Below are positions 25,265 to 36,015 of a stretch of DNA of 64,000 nucleotides, one piece after another (the first letter of the stretch is position 1; each line of letters starts with the position of its first letter). The position numbers and the translations under genes were made by a program. This stretch comes from Octopus sinensis (Eukaryota): positions 16,368,001 through 16,432,000 of the forward strand of contig NC_043018.1 in the NCBI RefSeq assembly GCF_006345805.1. Reading direction: 5' to 3'. The notes under the pieces are model-generated. The model worked only from the letters and a program-made list of their open reading frames with translations. It made no database searches and had not been told where the DNA came from.

Positions 25265-25480
25265 CATGGGTGAGCTGGCAGAATTCTTAGCAAGCCGGAC
25301 AAAATGCTGAGCGTCATTTCGTCCGTCTTTATGCTCTACGTTCAAATTCCGCGCACATTCAGTATACTTTTCATCCTTTCGGGGTCGATAAAATAAGTAC
25401 CAGTTGAGTACTGGGGCCGATGTAATCGATTTACCCTGTTTCCCAAATTTTCAGGCCTTCTGATAAAATTTGAAGCAATT
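25265..25480 (+). mobile_element. SINE family B variant
   Basis: gagctggcagaattcttagc..gttcaaattcc..tttcatcctttcggggtcgataaaataagtaccag. Confidence 0.85.
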
Positions 25481-25555
25481 TTTATATAAATGCATCAGGC
25501 AAGAATGTCCGTATGCCGGAGGAGAAGCTTAACGACATCTCGTTAAGCTTAATGT

Positions 25556-25905
25556 GTGGAGACGCAATGGCCCAGTGGTTAGGGCAGCGGACTCGCGGTT
25601 TCGATTCCCAGACCGGGCGTTGTGAGTGTTTATTGAGCGAAAACACCTAAAAGCTCCACGAGGCTCCGGCAGGGGATGGTGGTGATCCCTGCTGTACTCT
25701 TTCACCACAACTTTCTCTCACTCTTACTTCCTGTTTCTGTTGTACCTGTATTTCAAAGGGCCGGCCTTGTCACTCTCTGTGTCACGCTGAATATCCCCGA
25801 GAACTGCGTTAAGGGTACACGTGTCTGTGGAGTGCTCAGCCACTTACACGTTAATTTCACGAGCAGGCTGTTCCGTTGATCGGATCAACCGACGGAGTGC
25901 TTCCA
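25556..25905 (+). mobile_element. SINE family A with TSD, inserted into a family B remnant
   Basis: Direct repeat aagcttaatgt at 25545-25555 and 25905-25915; two short internal deletions; B-like sequence resumes at about 25916. Confidence 0.95.
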
Positions 25906-26067
25906 AGCTTAATGTTCCGAGTTCAAATTCTGCCGCATTCGGCTTTGCCTTTCATTCCTTTCAGGGGTTGATAAAATACGTACCAGATGAGCACTTACCT
26001 CCCTGCGCGAAATATCTGGTCTTGTGCCAAAATTTGATATCAGTATTTATTAAGGTAACATAGAAAA

Positions 26068-26282
26068 GAGGCCAGTGGCTGATTCGTTAGCACGCCGGAA
26101 AATATGCTTAGCGGCATTTCGTCCGTCACTAAGTTCTGAGTTCAAATTCCGCCGAGGTTGACTTTGCCTTTCATCCCTTTCGGGGTCAATAAAATAAGTG
26201 CCCAGTTGAACACTGGGGTCGATGTAATCGACTAGTCCCCTGCCCCCAAATGCTGCCCTTGTGGCAAAATTTCAAACCATTA
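26068..26282 (+). mobile_element. SINE family B variant with (TTA)n tail
   Basis: Collinear with 15853-16070. Confidence 0.9.
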
Positions 26283-26284
26283 TA

Positions 26285-26333
<49 letters not shown>

Positions 26334-26335
26334 TC

Positions 26336-26403
26336 ATGTCACTGCCTGGAATCGAACTCGGATTCTTGGGGTTATTAGCCCGCGCTCTTAACCACTACGT
26401 CAC
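26336..26403 (-). mobile_element. Short tRNA-derived SINE (family G) with (TAA)n tail
   Basis: Minus strand: gtgacgtagtggttaagagcgcgggctaataaccccaagaatccgagttcgattccaggcagtgacatgaa then (taa)n; A and B boxes present. Confidence 0.75.
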
Positions 26404-26419
26404 TATATTGTTGGTAACC

Positions 26420-26880
26420 GTTTAGTAGTAGTAGTAGAAGTAATTGTCATCCTCATCACCGTCGTTGTTGTTATCATCGTGGCCGTTGGCTTCATCATCA
26501 TCATCATCATCATCGTCATCATCACCACCACCAAAGCGACCGTCGTTGTCATCGTAGTCGTTGTTCTCCTCTTATCCCTCTTCCCTGACTCCCCCTCCTC
26601 TTACTCCTCCTTCCTTACTCTTCTCCTCTTACTCCTTGTCATCGTCATCATCACCTTCATCATCATGGTCATCATTATCATTATCATCATCGTCATCATC
26701 CTCAACATCGTCGTCGTCGTCGTCATGATCATTTTTATCAACACCATCATAATCACCATCATTATCGTCCTTCTCTCCTCCCTCCTCCCTCCTCTTCATT
26801 CCCCTCGTCATCTGCTTCATCATGTTCCTCCTCATCATCATCATGTTCATCATCATCATCATCATCCGTCATCAGATAGC
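26420..26880. repeat. Compound (CAT/CGT/CTC)n low-complexity tract
   Basis: Directly visible. Confidence 0.9.
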
Positions 26881-27042
26881 ATCCACTCTTAACAAGGTTA
26901 AATGCCATTGGTCGATATCTTGGTCTCTCGTGTAACTGTCCTTATAAATTCCCTGTAATTTAACTCTGTCCATTTCGCGATATTATCTTGGCACGGAATT
27001 CTTGTTCCACCATCAACACCACTGCCACAAGAACCCAATCAT

Positions 27043-27073
<31 letters not shown>

Positions 27074-27206
27074 TCCCGTACATTGGAAGAAAAAGAAATT
27101 TACTGACATTCTCTGGAAACGTTTGATCAAATTTTCCTGCTTTTCCTAAAAGAATGTTTCTTAATGCTGTAACTACTAACACCACTACCTCTGCTGCTGT
27201 TACACT

Positions 27207-27241
<35 letters not shown>

Positions 27242-27314
27242 TCACAAATACTACAGCAGCTGATGATGCTACACCTACTACTACTACTACTACTACTACT
27301 ACTAAGCGATTAAC

Positions 27315-28020
27315 TTTTTCTACTCTAGGCAAAAGGCCCGAAATTTGGGGGTAGAGGGGTCCAGTCGACTAGACGGACCCCAGTACGCAACTGGTACTTA
27401 ATTTATCGACCCCTAAAGGATGAAAGGCAAAGTCGACCTCGCCGGAATTTGATCTCAGAACGTAAAAACACGAAATACAGCTAAAGCTTTTCGCCCGGCG
27501 TGCTAACGTTTCTAATTTCTTTAATCTCCACAAGGGGCTGCACACAGAGGAGACAAATAAGGACAGACAAATGGATTACGTCGACCCCAGTGCTTAACTT
27601 GTACTTATATAATCGATGAAAGGTAAAGTCGACCTCGGTGTAAATTGAACTCAGAACGTAGCGGCAGACGAAATACCTATTTCTTTACTACCCACAAGGT
27701 GCTAACGTTTCTGCCAGCTCGCCGCCTCATGAGGAGAAAAATATGCTTTTCTACTCTAGGCACAAGTATGCAACAGGTACTTAATTTATCGACACCGAAA
27801 GGATGAAAGCAAAGTCGACCTCGACAGATTTGAACTCAGAACGTAGAGACAGACGAAATACCTATTTCTTTACTGCCCACAAGGTGCTAAACATAGAGGA
27901 GACAAACAAGGGCAGACAAGACGATTACATCAACCCCATTGTGTAACTGGTACTTATTTAATCGCGACCGAAAGGACGAAAGGCTATGTCAACCTCGGCG
28001 GAATTTGAACTCAGAAAGTA
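27315..28020 (-). mobile_element. Pile-up of SINE family B copies and variants with dimer junctions
   Basis: At least four B bodies; junction gaaatacctatttc at 27670-27683 and 27855-27868. Confidence 0.88.
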
Positions 28021-28024
28021 GCTG

Positions 28025-28158
28025 CAGTTCGGCAAAAGAGACCGATAGAATAAGTACTAGTCTTACAAAGAATAAGTCCTGGGGGCGATTTGCTCAACTA
28101 AAGGTGGTGCTCCAGCATGGCCGCAGTCAAACGACCGAAACAAGTAAAGCAGTAAAAG

Positions 28159-28160
<2 letters not shown>
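28025..28160 (+). mobile_element. SINE family C 3' part
   Basis: gttcggcaaaagagaccgatagaataagtac..gaaacaagtaaag. Confidence 0.9.
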
Positions 28161-28216
<56 letters not shown>

Positions 28217-28298
28217 ATATATATAACGGGAAGCTTTATGAAAATAGACAAAAGACGAAGGCAGGTGGAAAACAAACAAACAATTGTATATATATGTT

Positions 28299-28373
<75 letters not shown>

Positions 28374-28634
28374 GAAATAAATATATAAATTATGTATGCC
28401 TTTACTATAAAGATTGACACGGTGATATAATGCTTGGCTTTTACGACTATTCTGCTTGTAACGATAATCTTCGCCTTTCGACTTTATAGCAAATCTAACG
28501 TCGATGGAATCAATGACCTTTTCAATCTCCTTGCTATATGTTCCTGCTTTCGACAGCTTGGTATGCATATATAATCTTTCTACACAACTACAGCAAAACT
28601 ATGGATCCCTATCCATAAGTCATACACATGCGCT

Positions 28635-29010
28635 AAGTTAGGGGACGTAAACGCACCACCATCGGTTGTCAAGCGATGTTGGAGGGACAAACACAGACAC
28701 ACAAACTCACACACACACACATATATATACATATATACAACGGGCTTCTTTCAGTTTCCGTCTACCACATCCACTCACAAGGCTTTGGTCAGCCCGAGGC
28801 TATAGTAGAAGACACTTGTCCAAGGTGCCACGCAGTGGGACTGAACCCGGAACCATGTGGTTGGGTAGCAAGCTACATATCACACAGCCACTCCTGCGCA
28901 TACATATGCATACATATAGGCACAGGAAACACATGATCCCGGGTTCAGTCCCACTGCGTAGCACCTTGAGTAAGTGTCTAGTACTATAGACTCAGGCCGA
29001 CCACAGCCTA
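28635..29010. mobile_element. SINE family C 5' two-thirds (-) plus an inverted C fragment (+, about 28935-29008)
   Basis: 28635-28900 is collinear with C on the minus strand; 28935-29008 repeats ccgggttcagtcccactgcg..ggccgacc on the plus strand. Confidence 0.85.
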
Positions 29011-29303
29011 TACATATATGGAGATTTTTTAAGCAGTGAAATAATCATTTTGTTTCTTGTTTTATTTTAGAATTTCTGCGAGCTATTGTCGTTTGAATAC
29101 TCGAAATGAGGAGTAGATAGACAGCAGACAACTAACGAAAGGTCCTTTTTCTGTGTTAACTTGTCCTGCTTTCTATTTTTTCTCGTTGTTTACGTATTTC
29201 ACTTGTTTTTGTCCTGTAATTACAGTCCACATCTTGTATCTATCTCTCGTGTGTATGTTAGTTGCATCGCTTGTGACGTCCTGTACCCATATATGCATGC
29301 ATG

Positions 29304-29458
29304 TCACCGTCACCGTGACCGACCAGGCTATCAGATGTTGCTACACATCGCTGGACACAATGCGCTTTGCATTGTTTTAGCCTTTAAATGACGTCACCCC
29401 GCTGGCAAAGCGAGCAGGCCAATATGCATGTATGTGACCTCGTCTGTATCACTAGCGA
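29304..29458 (-). mobile_element. SINE family A2 3' fragment
   Basis: Matches 52205-52330 (caccgtgaccgaccaggctatcagatgttgc). Confidence 0.85.
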
Positions 29459-29503
29459 TTTTTTTCCCTTGTCTTCCCTTCTCGGGATCTTTCCTTCTCC
29501 TAT

Positions 29504-29538
29504 GTTTCTGACGAATAGCTCCGCTCGAAACGTTAAAC
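29504..29538 (+). ncRNA. Ultra-minimal hammerhead motif (repeat family E)
   Basis: gttt CTGACGA a tag-ctccg-ctc GAAA cg TT aaac. A second copy lies at 51924-51959 (-), with collinear flanks. Confidence 0.6.
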
Positions 29539-29664
29539 TCTCCTTCTTCCCTTCTTTCCTGAGCGTCCATTAATACTTTATTTGTTCCACGTCCTTGCGT
29601 AGTTGTTTTTTTGTTTTTGTTTTCTTGTTTGGATTAACTTTATATGTATATATATATTATATAT

Positions 29665-29895
29665 ATATACGACGGGCTTCTTTCAGTTTCCGTCTACCAA
29701 ATCCCCTCACAAGGCTTTGGTTGATCCGAGGCTAGAGTAGATATATAATACACTTGTCCTAGGTTCTATGTCGTGGGGCTGAACCCTGGAACATGTAGTT
29801 GGGGAAGCAACACGTTTATTTCAGTTTTCCTCGAAGAAATTCGCTTACAAGATTTTGGTAGGCCCCGAGGTGCCGTGCAGTGGGACTGAACCAGA
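29665..29895 (-). mobile_element. SINE family C 5' fragments
   Basis: acgacgggcttctttcagtttccgtctacc..gctgaaccc; second piece gcagtgggactgaacc. Confidence 0.8.
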
Positions 29896-29928
29896 AATAC
29901 AAACAATTTTTTAAAAAAAGGATAGAAA

Positions 29929-29960
<32 letters not shown>

Positions 29961-30454
29961 AACGAACAAAAGGAAAAGGATGGGAAGGACAGAAAAGAAA
30001 GAAGATAGAGAGAAAGTTAGGAGACTATTGATTCGAAAAATAAGGAAGACAATTATTGAGTTATATGATCCCAGCAATTTTTCTTTCTTTCCTTCTTTCC
30101 TCCTCTTTCTTTCTTTCTTTCTCCCCCTTTCTTTTCTTCCTTCTTTCTCTTTTTCTATTTATTTGTTCTCTTATTTCTGCAGTCGCTTCTATAAATCTAA
30201 TATTAACCACCCTCCTAACCTCCCGATCTCATGAAAACAGAAAAAAAAAAACCCGCTCATCTTTCGCCTTCGTAGCACAGAAGCATATATTATACGAATG
30301 ATAAATCGTAGCGATGCTGAATAACTTCCGTTCTGTTTTGTGTTGTTTGGGGAGAAAGAGAGAGAGAGGCAGAAACAGAGGCAGCAAGACAGAGAAGCAG
30401 CTGTTCATGCAGAGCTTTTTTAAGTTTAGAAATTCTGAAACATTTTATATATTT

Positions 30455-30850
30455 TTATATATAAAAGTGAGGTTGTGTGTCTGTCTGTCTCCTACGATTT
30501 AGATTCCTAACTACTCCCACATTTTGCGGTGCAGTTTAACCAAAACCGGGTATCTTATAGTCGTGATTCATATCGAGCCCTTCTGGGTATTATCACGCGT
30601 CTACGATGAGTCTACGATTTAAAAAATAATTTACCATAATTTTTTTCCATTTTAATGCATTTTTTCGCTATTAAAAAAAGGGAAGTAACTCTAAAAATGT
30701 CTACGATGAGTCAACGATTTAAAAAAAAATTTACCATCATTTTTTTTCCATTTTTAATGCATTTTTTGCTATTTTTCGGCTATAACTCTCTCAAAATGCT
30801 TTATTATTATTTCCCTTACAAACCCGAGCAACGCCGGGCGATACTGCTAG
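30455..30850 (+). mobile_element. Non-autonomous Helitron (Lep1/HINE-like architecture)
   Basis: 5' tatataaaagtgag followed by a (TGTC)n microsatellite; internal tandem duplication (gtctacgatgagtc at about 30600 and 30710); 3' hairpin CCCG-agcaacgc-CGGG (30823-30838) then CTAG|T. Confidence 0.8.
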
Positions 30851-30873
30851 TTCTCTATAATTTATTAAGTTTA

Positions 30874-32604
30874 AGGGCAGCGAGCTGGTGGAATCTTTAA
30901 CGCAATGGACAAAATGCTTAGCGGTATTTCGTCTGCCGCTACGTTCTGTGTTCAAATTCCACCGAGGTTGACATTGCCTTTCATCCATTCGGGGTCGATT
31001 AAATATGTACCAGTTACGCACTGGGATCGATATAATCGACTTAATCCGTTTGTCTGTCCTTGTTTCTCCTCTCTGTGTTTAGCCCCTTGTGGGTAGTAAA
31101 GAAATAGGTATTTCGTCTGTCTTTACGTTCTGAGTTCAGATTCCGCCGAGGTCGACTCTCCCTTTCATCCTTTCGGGGTCGATAAATTAAGTGCCAGTTG
31201 CGCACTGGGATCGATATAATCGACTTAATCCGTTTGTCTGTCCTTGTTTCTCCTCTCTGTGTTTAGCCCCTTGTGGGTAGTAAAGAAATAGGTATTTCGT
31301 CTGTCTTTACGTTCTGAGTTCAGATTCCGCCGAGGTCGACGTAGGTCCCCACTCTCCCTTTCATCCTTTCGGGGTCGATAAATTAAGTGCCAGTTGCGCA
31401 CTGGGATCGATATAATCGACTTAATCCGTTTGTCTGTCCTTGTTTCTCCTCTCTGTGTTTAGCCCCTTGTGGGTAGTAAAGAAATAGGTATTTCGTCTGT
31501 CTTTACGTTCTGAGTTCAGATTCCGCCGAGGTCGACTTTGCCTTTCATCATTTCGGGGTCGATAAATTAAGTACCAGTTGCGCACTGGGGTCGATATAAT
31601 CGACTTAATCCGTTTGTCTGTCCTTGTTTGTCCCCTCTGTATTTAGCCCCTTGTGGGTAGTAAATAAATAGGTATTTCGTCTGTCGCTAATGTTTTGAGT
31701 ACAAATTCCGCCGATGTTGACTTTGCCTTTCATCCTTTCGGGGTCGATAAATTAAGTACCAGTTGCGCACTGGGGTCGATATAATCGACTTAATCCGTTT
31801 GTCTGTCCTTGTTTGTCCCCTCTGTATTTAGCCCCTTGTGGGTAGTAAAGAAATAGGTATTTCGTCTGTCGCTAATGTTTTGAGCACAAATTCCGCCGAT
31901 GTTGACTTTGCCTTTCATCCTTTCGGGGTCGATAAATTAAGTACCAGTTGCGCACTGGAGTCGATATAATCGACTTAATCCGTTTGTCTGTCCTTGTTTG
32001 TCCCCTCTGTATTTAGCCCCTTGTGGGTAGTAAAGAAAAGGTATTTCGTCTGTCGCTAATGTTTTGAGTACAAATTCCGCCGATGTTGACTTTGCCTTTC
32101 ATCCTTTCGGGGTCGATAAATTAAGTACCAGTTGCACACTGGAGTCGATATAATCGACTTAATCCGTTTGTCTGTCCTTGTTTGTCCCCTCTGTATTTAG
32201 CCCCTTGTGGGTAGTAAAGAAATAGGTATTTCGTCTGTCGCTAATGTTTTGAGTACAAATTCCGCCGATGTTGACTTTGCCTTTCATCCTTTCGGGGTCG
32301 ATAAATGAAGTCAGTTACGCACTGGGGTCGATATAATCGGCTTAATCTGTTTGTCTGTCCTTGTTTCTCCTCTCTGTGTTTAGCCCCTTATGGGTAGTAA
32401 AGGAATAGATATTTCGTCTGCTGTTACGTTCTGTGTTCAGATTCCGCCGAGGTCGACTTTCCCTTTCATCCTTTCGGGGTCGATAAATTAAGTGCCAGTT
32501 GCGCACTGGGGTCGATATAATCGACTTAATCCGTTTGTATGTCCTTGTTTGTCCTCTCTGTGTTTAGCCCCTTGTGGGTAGTAAAGAAATAGGTATTTCT
32601 TCTG
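30874..32604 (+). repeat. Tandem array of SINE family B: one head plus 9 units of about 184 bp
   Basis: Unit starts at 30923, 31107, 31291, 31487, 31671, 31856, 32040, 32225 and 32408, with a terminal stub at 32592. Confidence 0.97.
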
Positions 32605-33174
32605 TTCTTAAATATATTAGTAGTAAGAAAGTTTCCGAAATCAATGTGGCTAAATAGTGTCAAGTAGAAGTGCACCCAGGGGTCATGTCTTGTGTGCGGA
32701 CCTGGCCTCCTTAGACCAGCGCTGAAGGAACCATTAAGCAAAATAAGCAAGTGCTTACGGCATCAAAGGAAGTGGAGCGGGGAGTACCACAGAAATGATA
32801 ATTGGTTTACGGCACAAAAGAAATTCACTTGCTAAAATAACATGAGGGATGCCTTATCTCTACTGAGTATAGAAGCGGATGAGTTACGTAAGATTAATTT
32901 TGAGGGTCTGATCGAAGACTTTGACGGTCAGCAATAATACTCCAACAATTAAAGTATAGCCAGTATTTAAACTGTTGTGCATTCGTAATCGGAGACTTAT
33001 TAACCCTTTTTAACCCACTGTCCTCGTTTGAGGAGAGTTTTATTTGGTTTGCTTACTGCAATAAAGGTTAACTGGACGCTTCCGTATGTTTGTTATCCCT
33101 GTTCATATAACTATCTTCAAACTCTCGACAGGGTTACCCTGGGTTAAAATAGTTTAATAATATAATTAAAAGGT

Positions 33175-33510
33175 GAGGCAGCGAGCTGGGAGAATCGTTA
33201 GCATACCTGGAAAAAAGTGCGTAGCAGCATTTCGTCCGTCTTCATGTTCTGAGTTCAAATTCTGCCGAAGTCGACTTTGCCTGTCAACCTCTCAGGGTCG
33301 ATAAAATAAGTACCCGTTGAGCATTATGGTCAATGTAATTGGCTTACTCCTTTCACCCGTAACTGCTGGCCGTGTGTCAATGGTTGAAACAAATAATTTA
33401 ATCAAAAGGCGATTAAATAAGGACCAGTTGAGTACTGGGGTCGATGTTATCGACTTAAACCCTCTCACCTGAATTTCTGGCTTCGAGCCAAAATTTGAAG
33501 TCAGTTTAAA
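33175..33510 (+). mobile_element. SINE family B variants, diverged
   Basis: gcagcgagctgggagaatcgttagc..gagttcaaattctgccgaagtcgactttgcc, plus a second 3' part. Confidence 0.8.
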
Positions 33511-33608
33511 TAGCTTCCTTTGCTAATAATCGGAAACAGATATTCTTCAAATAAAAAGAACTAGACTTCTACTGCAAATTGTATAAAATGAGGTCGTAGG
33601 AATAATAT

Positions 33609-33992
33609 GGGATGGAAGCACTCCGTCGGTCACGACGATGAGGGTTCCGGTTGATCCGAATCAACGGAACGGCCTACTCGTGAAATTAACGTGTAAGTGG
33701 CTTGAGCACTCCACAGACACGTGTACCCTTAACGTAGTTCTCGGGGATATTCAGCGTGACACAGAGATGACAAGGCCGGCCCTTTGAAATACAGGTACAA
33801 CAGAAACAGGAAGAGTGAGAGAAAGTTGTGGTGAAAGAGTACAGCAGGGATCACCACCATCCCCTGCCGGAGCCTCGTGGAGCTTTAGGTGTTTTCAGTC
33901 AATAAACGCTCACAACGCCCGGTCTGGGAATCGAAACCGCGATCCTATGACTGCGAGTCCGCTGCCCTAACCACTGGGCCATTGCGCCTCCA
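33609..33992 (-). mobile_element. SINE family A, full length with TSD
   Basis: Direct repeat ggaataatat at 33599-33608 and 33995-34004. Confidence 0.97.
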
Positions 33993-34345
33993 CTGGAATA
34001 ATATAAAAATGCATTATCGCAAGAACTTGGATGGCCTTAAATTCAACATATATTAGATATGTCCCCATCCCTCATCCTTTGATAGCTGGTGGTGGTTTGT
34101 TTACATTCCCGAGACATAAGGAGACTGAAAGAATAAGAACGTGACTTTGAATAAGAAAAATACGCAGTGGGCTCGATATGTCCGAGTCAACCGTTCGAGG
34201 AGGTGCCCCAGTAGGGCCGCAGTGCAGCAACTGAACCAAGTAAAACTCGAAACAAAACAAATTAAATTCCTAATTACACGTGCGTGCGTGCGCTCCTCAT
34301 GCAGGTGTTTTTATACGCATCAGTGTGTATGGATAGGTCTGTGCG

Positions 34346-34409
34346 TGCGCATGCGCCGTGTGGGTGTATGTGTGTGTAGGGGGCGGGGGCGGGGGCGGGG
34401 GCGAGGCGG
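34346..34409. promoter_or_regulatory. NRF1-like palindrome plus (GGGGGC)n GC-box/G4 tract
   Basis: tgcgcatgcgc at 34346-34356; four G5 runs at 34379-34401. Function is inferred only. Confidence 0.3.
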
Positions 34410-34839
34410 TGATGTCAGTTATATGCACTGTTTGAATGTGAGTGTTCCGATACGTCTATGTATATCTTGTCTTTCAATTTGTTGTACGTACGATATAAAC
34501 AACAACATTAAAAAAAAAAAATGGAAATGAAAGGAAGATAAAAGAAGTAAAAAAAAATAAGAAAGCGATTTTCAGAGAATTCAAAGGCGGACTTATTTCA
34601 AGAAAAAGTAATACGTGTAACATATTGCTGTGAGACGCAGCACAAACGCAGTCATGTATACACAGGCAGAAGTATAGACAGACACACATGTATGCACAGA
34701 TATACGCACACACATTCACACACTCACACATAGGAATGAGGAATCCGCTAGACAATACCAAGACACACATACACCACACACACGCACGTGTATGAATGTA
34801 TATATGTGTATTCACATGTTTTAGCGACTCTATGGTTTG

Positions 34840-34958
34840 TGTGTATGTATGTATATATATATATATATATATATGTATTATGTATATATGTGTATGTATA
34901 TATATATATAGATATATAGATATATGTATGTATGTAATATAGATGTATGTGTATAATA

Positions 34959-34994
<36 letters not shown>

Positions 34995-35568
34995 CTGTAT
35001 ATTATGTATATTATATATGTAGGTATATATACATACGTAAATGTGTGTGTATTTATATATGTATGTGTGCGTGTCTGTCTGTATGTTATGTTTGTATGTC
35101 TATGTATGCGTGTATATGTTCTGTATGTGATGTGTTTTTATCTATATATATTGTGCATGGTGTGTATTATGTATGTATGAATGAACGTAGTTTTATGAGT
35201 ATGTATATATATATATATATATATCTATATATATATACGCACACATATGTATGTATAAATGTATAAAATGTGTGTCTTCACAATTCACTATACATGTCAA
35301 AAAAGATATTCTTGTGCAGCATAGATTTCAGTTTCAAAGTGTTTATCCTTTTTTCCAAAGACGTTTATATTCCCTTTAGAAAAATATTACAAGCAATAAA
35401 TGCTTGCTCACACTCACTCATACACATGCACACATACATAAGAGCAATGATCGCACGCACACAAACACACAACAGAACGTCCATGCATGCGTGTAGACCG
35501 AGAGAGCTGCTACGGGCTCCTCTCCCACTTACATATGTATATATTATATATATATTTATATGTATAAT

Positions 35569-35615
<47 letters not shown>

Positions 35616-35727
35616 TATATATATATACATACATATACATATATATATACATCCATATACATTACATACATACATACATATATATATATATAATATATAT
35701 ATATTATATATATATATATATATATAG

Positions 35728-35770
<43 letters not shown>
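34840..35770. repeat. (TA)n/(TG)n microsatellite complexes
   Basis: Directly visible (34840-35270 and 35540-35770). Confidence 0.9.
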
Positions 35771-35772
<2 letters not shown>

Positions 35773-35881
35773 TTATTTAAAGCAGCAGAAAATTCAACAA
35801 ACCTGTTACTCTGAGTTTCCCGTTGCAACGGGAAACTCAGAGTAACAGGTTTTGTTGAATTTTCTGCTGCTTTAAATAAAG
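35771..35881. repeat. Near-perfect 111-bp palindrome with no spacer
   Basis: Arms of 55 and 56 bp (one extra T), centred between 35825 and 35826. Confidence 0.97.
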
Positions 35882-35949
35882 CATATTACTCTACCACTGG
35901 TATTTGAGTACTCTTTTTTCCACCTTGTTTCACATTCATGTGTTTACTC

Positions 35950-36015
<66 letters not shown>

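Noticed and set aside
30874-32604. 184-bp tandem array as a hammerhead retrozyme
   Set aside because: Unit size fits, but I found no CTGANGA..GAAA core on either strand of the unit.
33000-33150. piggyBac-like TTAA-CCC..GGG-TTAA ends
   Set aside because: Inverted match is only about 8 bp.
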